Of a stretch of 20,000 bases of DNA, positions 9,377 through 18,806 are shown one piece after another (the stretch's first letter is position 1; the number at the start of each line of letters is the position of its first letter). A program made the translations under genes and the position numbers. This DNA comes from Chromera velia. Its lineage: Eukaryota. Location of the stretch: NCBI GenBank assembly GCA_018398765.1, contig JAHBMJ010000355.1:110368-130367 (forward strand). The letters are read 5' to 3'. Below the pieces are notes generated by a model that worked only from the letters and a program-made list of their open reading frames with translations, did no database searches and had not been told where the DNA came from.

Positions 9377-10927
9377 TTTTCCTTTCCTCATTTATCGCTC
9401 ATCAAGCGCAGAAAGATAGATAACGTCTGCTGTCCTCTATGCGCGCGTCCGTCAATAAAGCTTTCTCTCTCTGCTTTAATTGTACCTCGAACAAACATGT
9501 CGATATGTCTTCTTGACGCTTCCTCTTTTGATGCGATTTCTGATGGGTCGTCACAGTGAGATGGGCGGGCACTCCCTTCCTTCCTTCCTTCCTTCGTTCC
9601 GTCCGTTTGGAGGGAGGGAGGGAGGGAGGGAGGGAGAGAAATGGAAAAGAAAAGAGCGGAAAGCACGAACAGGAGAGGGGGGTGAGGCAATCCTGTGAGA
9701 GCGAAGAGAAAAGAAGCAAACGATCGAATGTAGCACGGAAGAAAAAATCGATGGTTAGTGACTCGTCGAAGAAATACACGCACAGTTTTTCTCTTCCCTC
9801 TCTGTCGCTGCTGCTATTTCAAAGAAATGATGTCATTGACGCGTTTTCTTTCTTTCATTTGCCATGTCGTATGCATGCTGTGCTCGCTCTGCAGAAGGCG
9901 ATGTTGGCCCTCCAGAGGGAGCAGATGAAAAGGGGGACGATACAGCGGGCTATCGGGACGGGACGGTGAGTCGTCGATCGACGCACGCAACAGCTAGACA
10001 CGACAGAAGAGGATGGGAGAGGACTGAGAGACTGACAAAAAGAAAGAAAGACGTCCTGGAAAAGAGAAAAAACTCGGTCTACTGAGAGGGGAAAAACACA
10101 TTTCCCTCCTGGTCTTTTCAAATTTCATTGCTTTCCCGTCTGCCTGGTCCCTGTGTTTTGGCTCGCCCTCCTTCTGTCTGTCAGTCAGTCAGTCTGTCTG
10201 TCTGTCTGTTTGCGTTCTTTTGACTTAATCATTCATGAACTCTCTCTCTCTCTCTCTCTGCGCGCTTCGTCGAGAGGCCCCACTCCCTCCCGCCTGCCTG
10301 CCTGCAGGTACGGGGACCAGAGCGCTGCCCTCCTTGCCGAGGGGGACCCTTCAAGGGAACAGAGCGGGAGCGCCGAGGGAGACGGAGACGGAAGCGAATA
10401 CCCCCCTTCCCAGCAGATGAAGCAACACCAGTCGGACCCCCTTCCCGTCACGTCTCGGGACGGCCTCTCGACCGCGCCTCAGAGCGCCCAACTGAACGGA
10501 AACGTGAACATGGTGAACGGTCAACCGAGCAAGGGTGCGAGGAAGAGCATGTTTCCCGCAGTCGGAGCAGCAGAACACGAAGGCCTGACGTCCTCTACAG
10601 AGAGGGAGGGGGTGCTTGAGGGAGACGCTGGAGGGTTGAGCCAGCCAATGCAGGCTCCTCGTCTGACTGCGGCAGTGTTGAGTCTTCTCCAGAAGGATTT
10701 GGGGGCATCGGGACAGGAGGAAGAGGAAGAGGAAGGGAAGGACGAGGGGGGAGAAGAGGAGGGAGAGGGAAACGGAGGGAAAGCAAATGGACAGCAGCGA
10801 GCCGCCAGCAGTCCTCATCGACCGCGCTTGGAGAACGGCTTGGAGACCAATGGAGGTAGGTACCTGCGTGGAGAGATAGGTGTATGTGCCCTTCCTTCCC
10901 TCCCCCCTCCCTTCCTTTCTAAAGGCA

Positions 10928-10981
<54 letters not shown>

Positions 10982-11802
10982 GGTTGTTTCCATTCCACGT
11001 TTCCTTTCTGTCTCTCTTCTCCATTTATTTCTTTTCTGGCTGCACGTTGGGAAGTGATGAGATTTTCATATTCCGCCTTCTCATACGGCGTCTTGTCGGA
11101 ATTCTTCCCTGCCTGCCTGTCCGTCCGTCGGTGTGTCGGTCTCTTCTTTCGTCCGGCGATGTTTTTGGTTGATTTCGTGAACTTTTGACAATCCCCGTCT
11201 TTCTGTGCAAAAGTAAATACATATTAGGATCAAAGAAAACGGAAAAGAAACGAAAAAAGAACCACAGGCACATCAAATTCCTCCTCGTGTTCTCCCCTGA
11301 ACGTGTAAAGAAAAAGGAGTCAAAGGAAATTAAGGAATAAGGAGCAAGGATAAAAAAATCGACGCAGATGAATGTGTGAGCGACACTCTTCTAGCTCAGC
11401 GTCGTTTGCTGATTTCGTCCACAAACAAAAAGCAGTCGTCATTCATTTATCGCATGTATTCATCGTATGCATCCATGCATGCAGACGGAGGCAACGGCGC
11501 AGGTCTAGAGGAGGACGGGTTTGGGTTGGAAGGCCCGGACCTGCGCGCTGCCTCTCAGATCAGCGTGCGGCCTTCTGACGGTGGGACTTACGAGACAGAG
11601 AGGCTGATGGACATCGCAGACGAGAGCGACACACCAGAGGAAGAACACGAGAACGTCTGGAAGAGACTGCTCAAACCTACCTGTGCGTCCTCATCCTCAA
11701 GATTTGTTTCTTTCTTTCTTGATTGATCGATTGAGTGATTGATGGACATTTTTCATTCATGTACCTTCTATTCTGGATTGATTGTAGTCTTGGATCACCC
11801 AT

Positions 11803-11851
<49 letters not shown>

Positions 11852-14800
11852 AGTGTGTGTGTGTCTGGATACACACCGAAAGGGAAGAAGACCTGACCTC
11901 TAGGTCGAACGAACAGGTACCTTCCTTCCTTCCATCAGCCGACTTTCGAGTACGCCGAGCGAAGACTTAATTGTGCGATTTTCAGCGGTAGATTGAGAGA
12001 GAACGAAATTGGCAGAAGACAGGCCGACTGCGAGAGAGGGACGCGTGCAGGAAGAAAATGCAGTCAAGCAGTCTCGGTGGCAATCGAACAGAAGCGGCGC
12101 AATTGGCAGAGGATCCCATCTAGCTGTGCATCCGCTTCTGCTGTGCCGCCTGAATGTTCTCTTCTCTGTCTCTTTCTCTCTCTCTCTGTGACTGTGTGTG
12201 TGTGTGTGTGTGTGTGTGTCCGTCTGTCTGTCCCATTGCTTGCTTACTTCATTTTGTTCTTGCGTATGTGTGTGTCTGTGTCTGGGCCCCCGGGGGGCCC
12301 TGCTGCAGCCAACATGGTTCTTGCGGGTCCGAACGCGGGCGTGACGGCGTCTCTGAATCCGCTGATCGAGGACGAGAGGGAAGGTCTGAGAGTCCATCAA
12401 CAGGGGGGGGCGTGGAATCGGATGAGGTCGTCTAGCATGGACAAGGAGGACCCTGGGGGGGAGTTTGGAAGGGGGATCACGGGGGTGGCTCTCGGGGTGT
12501 TCGGAGGTCAGCGGTCGGGGATCCACTCCCCTTCTGGCAGCCCTGCGAGGGCAGGCGGCGGTCTGAGGGCCTCAACAGAGGCGGGGGGTATGGCAGCCAT
12601 CCAGGAAGAGGGCGACAGCCCTAACGGAGAGGGGGCGTGGCAACGAGAATCACATCTTCATAGGGACATTTCAGCAACACCGGTCCCTCGGGCAGGTCGG
12701 TGTTTGTGAGAGTGATGAGGTTGTTTCTTGTACATTGTGATTCTTTTCTTTTGCTTATCCGTGTCTTTCTGTGTCTGTCTACGCATATGCATGTGCTCGT
12801 GATTGGAACACTCATTGATGTTTTGCCGTTGTTTTCAGGTTCGCTTCTCCTTTTCTTCATTGCTTCCTTTCTTCCTCTCTCTCTTGTTCTCTCTCGCTCA
12901 CTCTCTCTCTCGCTCGCTCGCTCGTTCTGTGTGTGCGTGTACGTCTGTGTAGAGTCCGCTCGATGCCTCTCTCGTCCCACCCCTCTGCCTCCCTCGCTCT
13001 TTTCTACTGATTGCAGAGTTACCCCTCAACTTTCCTCGAGGACAGTCCCCCCCGCCCTCAGGAAAGATTTCCGTTCTCACTCCCATCAGAAGAGGACCTC
13101 AGCCGACCTCAGCTTCCAGTCCCTTCGGCAGGGCGAACTCTCGAAAGGAGAAAGAGAAACAAGACAGAGAGGTGTCCTCTCACGGAGTCAGCCCCAGTTC
13201 CCAGAGGAACACAACAACGGGAGTCCCCCCAAGACCCCCACGAGCAGTGACCTCCTCCGAGACGCCTCAGGTGATTGGGAAACCCTCAGCGTTGGGAGAG
13301 GGGGGACAGCAGGGGTGCCACTTGAGTGCAAATTTGGACCAGCTTCCTTTGCCCCAAGTCATCTCAGGGGAGTCCAACGGTCGGCAGAGAAAAGAGAAAG
13401 GAGAGGGAAGGGACAGAGAGAAGGAAGCTCTGTCTGACGATCTGGAGGCTGGGGGTGGGGGTGAGGGGACAACGTGGCGGGATCCGGAGGCGCCTGTGGG
13501 GGGAAGGAGAGATGACGGGATGTCCAACCACAGAGAATACTCCCTGGGGGGGGGGCCTGGGGCAGATGGGTCCTTTCATCTGTACGGAAAGCATCAGGTG
13601 GGTGGGTGGGTGGTCGAACTGTTGTGTTTCGTTGACCAACAAACATTCTGTTTTTCTTTCTTTCTTTCGAGTTGCTGCTGTGTCTGACCAGTGAGTGCCA
13701 GGGTCTCCCTGAGACGAACGAATTGACGGACTGCCTCTTTGTCTGTTTGTCTGAGTGCGTGCCTGCCTGCCTGCCCATTGGCTTGCTTGCAGAGAACGAG
13801 CGACCCAAACTTTCCCTACAAAGGACGAAGACAGTCCTCCGTCCTGTCTGCACTAGGAATGGAGATGCCGACACCCGGACAGGGGGGGCAAGGGGGGCCC
13901 GATGAAGTGCAGCCGACCTCCGCTTGGGCCGTTTTTTATGATAATCTCAAGAGCGTCGTTACGTCAGTCAGCCTCCTTCTCTCTCTTTTTCTTTCTTTCT
14001 CATACACACACGCACTGGATCTTTTCCCTCAAGCAGCGAAAGCGACGGGCGGACTGCGAGACAAAAAGACGAACAAATAAAGAGACAGAAAGAAAGGCAG
14101 CAGACAGACGGTAGGCAAGAGACAGAAAGGCGCATGCGGGGAGGGACAGATTGCATGGGTTCTCCCTCGTTCCTTCCAACCGCCTCGCCTGCTTTTCTTC
14201 TTTCTTTCTTTCTTGCGCCACCTCCAACTTTCATTTCCGACAAACAGGAAGATCCGGACAAATTCGCGAAGAGAATATTTCGGGTGTTCTCGCGTTATCT
14301 TCTTTCTCTATTTGTTTCTTTTTTTTGCTTTCTTTCTTTATTCACGTTTTCCTTTTCTTTCTTTCTTTCTTTCTTTCTTTGTTTGTGTTTTGTGCGTATG
14401 TGCAGCAACTGGATTTTCCTGTCGCTTGTGTTTGGCCTTTGTGCCCTCTTCTTCGTGCTGACGGGAATCCAGTTTTGGTCCACAAAGTATTTCGTTGAAG
14501 AATTTAATGTCAGTCAGTCGTCAGGCTAAGGCTCTCCTCGAAGCAATAAAGCTCACTTCTCTGAGAATATTATGGTATTCTTGGAGAGAGGGGGATTGAA
14601 AATGTAGAGAGAGGGAAGAGAAATGACAACCTTTCTGACTGTCAAGTCTTTGTTCCCTTCCCAAAATTATGGAAGGAACTGTTTTCGCTCCTTCATTGAC
14701 CCCCGGGGGGTTTTCGGCTTCTCTGCTCTTTCCCCCTCTCCGCCTCTTTCCCTGCTTTCTCCCTGCATCTGAATAGAAAGAACCAAGCGGATTTCCCACA

Positions 14801-15488
14801 CAAAACAAACAAACAAACAAACGAAAAGAAAACCAATCAATCGACAGGTGGGAGGAGCCCTGACTGTCTGTTTTTGAATCATGCAAGAAACGCTCTGTCC
14901 GGCCCGCTAGCCAACATTCTAGACAGACTGAGGATCCCCTTCGTGCTTCACGGCACCGTTATCCACCGGGCTGCTTATCTTCTTCTTCTCCTCCAATTTC
15001 ATCACTCCCCTCACCCCTTCCCTCTTCCTCAATCTGTCTGCACGAGGAAAACGAGCACCGTCAGGGGGGCCCACTGCATGACAGCACATTTAGTTAGGTG
15101 ATGACATGTTATTATGCATTGATGAGCTAATTGCAGCAAGCGCAAGCGACGATCACGATTGCGTTCTCCATCACGGCCGTGTCTGCCCCCGTCATCGGCG
15201 TTATCGGGGGGGGCATCTTGGTGGACTGCGCGGGGGGGTATAAGGGAGCGGCGTCGACCATCAGGGCCCAGTACATCACTTGCGCGTTCGGGGCCTGCGC
15301 CACTGCGGCGGGGGCAGTGGCCTCGATCTCGCAATCGTTTCCTCTCTCCATCGCCATGGTCTGTCCGTCAGTGACTTGGTTCAATTCTTTCACTGTCCCC
15401 CCCCTTCCTGTTTCTGGTCTCTTCTTCTTTCTTTCCTGTCACAGTCAGCGCCTCGATCCCTCAGTCAGATGATCTTTCTATCTATCTA

Positions 15489-15523
<35 letters not shown>

Positions 15524-16990
15524 GTGTGTGTGTGTGTGTGTAAACGTGTGTGTGTGTGCAGGTATGGTTGGTCCTTTGTTTTGGTGGAGGCGTCGTGCCG
15601 GCAGCGTTTGGAATCATCGTGACGACTGTGGAAATTGAGTTGCGACCTTTTGCCACAGGAACGGGAATGCTTCTGTATAATCTTTTGGGATTCTCTTTAG
15701 GTTCGTTGGTTGGTCGGTTGGTCAGTCAGCTAGATGGATGGATGGATGACTTTCTAGAATCCTTCCTTCCTTCCTTGCTTGCTTCCTTCATGCAGTTAGT
15801 TGATAGTAAATGTTGTCTCTTAATTAATTGCAGCACCTGGCCCAGTAATCCTCCCCGTCTCTTCAGGCTCGTCTCCCTCTCTCTCTCTCTCTCTCTCTTG
15901 TTCTCTTCTTTGGTTGGGTCGTTATTGTTTCTTCTTGTGCGCATCTTTGCGCAGCTCTAGTCTTCTTCTTCCTTCCTTTCCAGCAGTGGTCAGATTGGGG
16001 AGAACGCTCTGGTGGGGTACTCACAAAATGATTTGGATTTTGTTTCTTGTGATGTTCCTTTCCGCCAATGCGTGTGAAGAGTTTGGTGGGATAGACGGAG
16101 AGGGAGAATGAAGTTATGCGACTCCATTTTCATCTCGATGGCAGAATTGTATTGTCTTCCGTTCTCGGTCGTGCCTCCCCCCTCCCGTACACGTGTGTGT
16201 GTGTATGTGTGTGCGTGTGTGTGCGTGTGTGTGTGTGTGTGTAAACGTGTGTGCAGGAACTTTTCTGCCGGGTGTCGTGATTAGCTCGGTGAATTTGAGG
16301 TGGGGCATGGTTGTTATTTTTCTGTGGTCCTTTTTCGGTTTGTTCTTCATGGGTCTCGCTGCGTTTCTCGGGACGATTAAGTACAGAGCGCTGCTCGCCC
16401 AGCAGAAGTTGGACGAGGAGGCGATTCGGAGGGGCTTGCTGGAGGAAGAGGAAGAGAGGAAGGGGAAGAGGGGGGTCGGGAAGGCCAGTAAGAGAGGGAA
16501 GAAGAAGACGGTGGGCAGCGGTTTTCATCCTTTCACAGGAGAACAGCTGGAGGAAATCGGCTTGACGGGCCCGTCTGTGCGGGATGTGAAGAGAATTCGG
16601 AAGCAGACCCTTGTGCAAGTCGATGGGGATGGGGGAGAGAGTACCGTCCGCAGACGGCACTCCTCGATGGGCCCATCTGCCCGAAGTTCCTCCCATCCAA
16701 GGCCTCAACAACAGATGTTGGAATCGCCGGTGAAACAGAAACCCGGAAGGCCTCTGCAGCCTGTGAGTCCCCTCTGCGGAGTGGCAGATTTGCCAAACAG
16801 CCAGAGTACGGGAGGTCACGATGCGGCTGTGAGTGTAGAGAAAGACGTTGCAGACGAAAAGGAGAAGAAGGGAGGAAGGACGCCCATGAGGTCGCTCGAG
16901 TTCGGGGGAGGGGGTGCTGCAGGGCGTCTGTCTGCGACCGCAGCGCCGGATCCGGCCAGGCTGCTTGACTCAAAGCAGCAGCAAAAGTAA
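5891..16990 (+). CDS. 17-exon major facilitator superfamily transporter (Spinster/SPNS-like, alveolate type), about 1300 aa, 6+6 TM helices separated by a very large loop
   Basis: Manually spliced exons, all GT-AG and phase-consistent, total 3903 nt: 5891-6025, 6177-6299, 6692-6916, 7480-7587, 8137-8173, 8402-8489, 9292-9325, 9895-9965, 10308-10855, 11485-11682, 12309-12695, 13017-13597, 13793-13962, 14406-14508, 15137-15358, 15562-15700, 16257-16990. Motifs: VQFDSGIVP (TM1), SRILIGMTQ (TM4), YGPVWVDEFAP, FFVLTGIQFW (TM7), APVIGVIGGGILVD, YNLLGFSLG. Confidence 0.88.
6177..6299 (+). CDS. MFS transporter exon 2 (TM1)
   Basis: ACGCAG| acceptor; VGHPREDVGYTKWVFASFVVISTLVQFDSGIVPSSLIEIQG; |GTCCGT donor. 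Confidence 0.87.
6497..6540. repeat. Compound microsatellite (CG)16(TG)6 in intron 2
   Basis: Direct reading: perfect CG repeat 6497-6528 followed by TG repeat to 6540. Confidence 0.95.
6692..6916 (+). CDS. MFS transporter exon 3 (TM2-TM4)
   Basis: CTGCAG| acceptor; QFGMNASEAGLLGALPYIG...SRILIGMTQ; |GTCAGT donor. Confidence 0.9.
7480..7587 (+). CDS. MFS transporter exon 4 (end of TM4 to TM5); this frame is not in the ORF track
   Basis: ATGCAG| acceptor; TVVAVYGPVWVDEFAPLESATLWMALIQAANVLGVT; |GTCAGT donor. Confidence 0.9.
7613..7731. repeat. Mixed (GAAT)/(GGAT) tetranucleotide microsatellite in intron 4
   Basis: About 120 bp of interleaved GAAT and GGAT units. Confidence 0.95.
8137..8173 (+). 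CDS. MFS transporter exon 5 (37-nt exon)
   Basis: GTGCAG| acceptor; FGYAIAGGFISA completes TM5; G|GTGGGC phase-1 donor. Confidence 0.85.
8402..8489 (+). CDS. MFS transporter exon 6 (TM6)
   Basis: TCTCAG| acceptor; GLPWQFAVWLQLILQGPVTLCTGLLVSWRK; AA|GTCAGT phase-2 donor. A duplicated alternative donor lies at 8568. Confidence 0.8.
8461..8582 (+). repeat. Duplication with 78-nt period spanning the exon 6/intron 6 boundary
   Basis: TGCACAGGT(C/G)TCCT(G/C)GTCTCCTGGAGAAAGTCAGTCAGTCAGTC starts at 8461 and again at 8539. Confidence 0.9.
9292..9325 (+). CDS. MFS transporter exon 7 (34-nt exon, YINLPDPEELK)
   Basis: (TG)n-CAG| acceptor, phase matches exon 6, AAG|GTTGGT donor. Confidence 0.78.
9895..9965 (+). 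CDS. MFS transporter exon 8 (KAMLALQREQMKRGTIQRAIGTGR)
   Basis: CTGCAG| acceptor and CG|GTGAGT phase-2 donor; needed to join exon 7 to exon 9 in frame. Confidence 0.78.
10308..10855 (+). CDS. MFS transporter exon 9 (central disordered loop)
   Basis: CTGCAG| acceptor, open frame YGDQSAALL...GLETNG, G|GTAGGT donor. An alternative phase-1 donor at 10880 is possible. Confidence 0.78.
11485..11682 (+). CDS. MFS transporter exon 10 (central loop)
   Basis: ATGCAG| acceptor; DGGNGAGLEEDG...WKRLLKPT; T|GTGCGT phase-1 donor. Confidence 0.78.
12309..12695 (+). CDS. MFS transporter exon 11 (central loop)
   Basis: CTGCAG| acceptor; NMVLAGPNAG...ATPVPRA; G|GTCGGT phase-1 donor. Confidence 0.75.
13017..13597 (+). 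CDS. MFS transporter exon 12 (central loop)
   Basis: CTGA branch-like motif then TTGCAG| acceptor; frame ELPLNFPRGQ... continues into track ORF 13172 up to ...LYGKHQ; CAG|GTGGGT donor. Confidence 0.78.
13793..13962 (+). CDS. MFS transporter exon 13 (end of loop)
   Basis: TTGCAG| acceptor; RTSDPNFP...FYDNLKSVVT; AC|GTCAGT phase-2 donor. Confidence 0.82.
14406..14508 (+). CDS. MFS transporter exon 14 (TM7)
   Basis: GTGCAG| acceptor; NWIFLSLVFGLCALFFVLTGIQFWSTKYFVEEFN; |GTCAGT donor. Confidence 0.9.
15137..15358 (+). CDS. MFS transporter exon 15 (TM8-TM9)
   Basis: GCTAAT branch-like motif then TGCAG| acceptor; QAQATITIAFSITAVSAPVIGVIGGGILVDCAGGYKG...LSIAM; |GTCTGT donor. Confidence 0.88.
15562..15700 (+). 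CDS. MFS transporter exon 16 (TM10-TM11)
   Basis: GTGCAG| acceptor; VWLVLCFGGGVVPAAFGII...LYNLLGFSL; G|GTTCGT phase-1 donor. Confidence 0.9.
16257..16990 (+). CDS. MFS transporter exon 17 (TM12 and long hydrophilic C-terminal tail)
   Basis: GTGCAG| acceptor; GTFLPGVVI...WSFFGLFFMGLAAFLG, then open to TAA at 16988-16990. Confidence 0.88.
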
Positions 16991-17364
16991 AGGAGGGGAA
17001 AAAGGGGCACATGCAGGACGAGAGCGGGGAAGGAATGAGGGCGAAGAGAAAGAAAGAAGGTGAGGGATCAGACGTTGGAGAGGAGAGAGGGAAGTGCAGA
17101 CCCATTCCGCCCAAGGAATTCCGTTCCTCTTTCCCTAGCTCTCTGTCTACCTGAGTGCAAACGTCCCTACTCCAAAGAATCAAACGAGTAGACAGTATGC
17201 ATGCGGGACTCCACTTGTGCACATCGGGCCCGGCCCATGGGGCAGGTGTGTGCTGCTGGTGGACACCCGCCCGGAATCGTCGTCAAAAATCACTGTAAGC
17301 AAATGATTGATTGCATGCACGCATCCATACAGAATTCAAGAAAAAACAATTAAGTCACGTCAAT

Positions 17365-17384
17365 CAGCCGTTCTAGCAGCCGTT
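17365..17384. repeat. 8-bp direct repeat flanking CTAG (putative footprint)
   Basis: CAGCCGTT-CTAG-CAGCCGTT. Confidence 0.75.
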
Positions 17385-17840
17385 TGATGAAGTGTGTTAG
17401 TTCGTCTGTCGACCGGTTGGCGTGTGCATGCAGGCTTTTGAAGGAGCGATGCCCTTGTGCCTTAGTCTTTGTGCATGGCAGCCCATTGCAACAAACTTCT
17501 CAGTGCCAGAGTCAATTCGATCATTCATATATCGGTTCATGTATGTAAAATGAAGTCCTAGATACAGTCTTTAGTACGGTCTATAATAGTCTACAGTGAC
17601 TCTACACTAGAGTCTACAATTGGCTTCATAATTAGCTAGGCATTAGATCTACTATGAGATTAGGGCTTTTCCCTATAGTAAGCATATCACATTAATTGTA
17701 GATCAGCCTCTCAACTCTATCAACTCGGCGGATAGACTGGACTGTCATACAGTCACCGTATTGCATGTCTGCTTACTTCAACTGAGTTTAGCGTTTAATT
17801 TCAAGAGTTCAATCCTAAACTATAGATCCTAAAAAAATAT

Positions 17841-17860
17841 GTCCTTCGCTAGGTCCTTCG
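17841..17860. repeat. 8-bp direct repeat flanking CTAG (putative footprint)
   Basis: GTCCTTCG-CTAG-GTCCTTCG. Confidence 0.75.
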
Positions 17861-17897
17861 CTTTGGCATGACGCCCCGCCACTTTCTTTATTCGATC

Positions 17898-18191
17898 CTA
17901 GTGTGATCTGTAAAGTTTTAAAATGAAATAAAGTTTAAAGTGTGGTTTAAGTCTATGGACTGTAAAATATAACTTTTGAAATGCATTTTAAATTTTTTTA
18001 TACATACATTGAAACTATATTGAAAAATGTTTTAAAAGGCTAAACATTTAACAATCCTAAACAACACATCAATATGTTCAAACTTTTTATTCTTAATAAT
18101 TCTTAAAGTTTTAAAACCAAGAAAGTTTTAAAGTCTAAAGTCTGTGGTCAGACTTTATTATAGTAAAAATAACTTTACAGATCACATCTAA
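17898..18191. mobile_element. About 290-bp MITE-like element with a perfect 16-bp inverted repeat
   Basis: TGTGATCTGTAAAGTT at 17902-17917 and its reverse complement AACTTTACAGATCACA at 18171-18186. Left end preceded by CTAG, right end followed by TCTAA. AAAGTTT/AAACTTT-rich interior. TSD not recognisable. Confidence 0.65.
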
Positions 18192-18197
18192 AAATGT

Positions 18198-18217
18198 TAT
18201 ATATTCTAGTATATATT
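18198..18217. repeat. 8-bp direct repeat flanking CTAG (putative footprint)
   Basis: TATATATT-CTAG-TATATATT. Confidence 0.65.
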
Positions 18218-18542
18218 CAAACAATTAAATAATTGAATTAATGCAATTATATGTAAGACTAGGTATAAGAAATTAGGTATAAGAAACCTAACTCAGTGAC
18301 TGACAGTGAAAAAAAACTTTAGGAAAAATTAAATAATAAATATATATAGTAAAAAATGTAGGTCTAGATGCAGGTACCATATGATATTATTTGAAAGCAT
18401 GCCAAGTTGGATGACTTAAATCCTATACCTCTGCCTAGACCCCTGCTGAGGGCCTGCTTTACTTTGCTTCCTACTTCAGGTTTTCCGACTATCCCTAACT
18501 CACGCTAACTGCATGTATATGTCTATAACATTCTATTATTAA

Positions 18543-18806
18543 GGGGCCATGTAAAAATCTATTTGAGTATTAGTGGTACGCAAACGGGCTTAGGTCGGAG
18601 CGGAGGGGGTCTTTGCATGCTAGCAAAGCAAAAATGACCATTCTTCTCGACTATTAAAACATATTTTTACTAGCATTGTTAAGTTAAAAAAACTGGGTTT
18701 TCATTTTTTTTAGGGGGGGTGTGCCGGTGCGTGCTGCTGTAGTCGAAAGTAGGGGAAGGGGGGTCTTCCATGCCACTGACACTCAAATGAATTTCCATAT
18801 GGCTCC
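18543..18806. mobile_element. Degenerate ~265-bp TIR element at a TTAA-like site (Kolobok-like by termini)
   Basis: 18539-18580 aligns without gaps to the reverse complement of 18769-18810 at 31/42, and 10 of the 11 mismatches are transitions. GG...CC termini flanked by TTAA and TAAA. Confidence 0.55.

Noticed and set aside
11986..12140. Purine-rich stretch in intron 10 that looks like an extra exon
   Set aside because: Nearby AG acceptors give an immediate stop in the required phase, and exon 10 joins exon 11 in frame without it.
12284..12300. Near-palindrome GGGCCCCCGGGGGGCCC just upstream of the exon 11 acceptor
   Set aside because: Single low-complexity instance with no evidence of function.
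6256..16350. Dozens of 60-260 aa ORFs with CVCV, HTHT, SLSL, ERER or ARAR runs
   Set aside because: These are translations of intronic microsatellites; only the exon portions listed are credible.
18260..18286. TAGGTATAAGAAA duplication, and TATATCGTTA x2 at 1921-1940, as further CTAG scars
   Set aside because: Repeat length and spacer do not fit the 8+4+8 rule; these may be ordinary slippage duplications.
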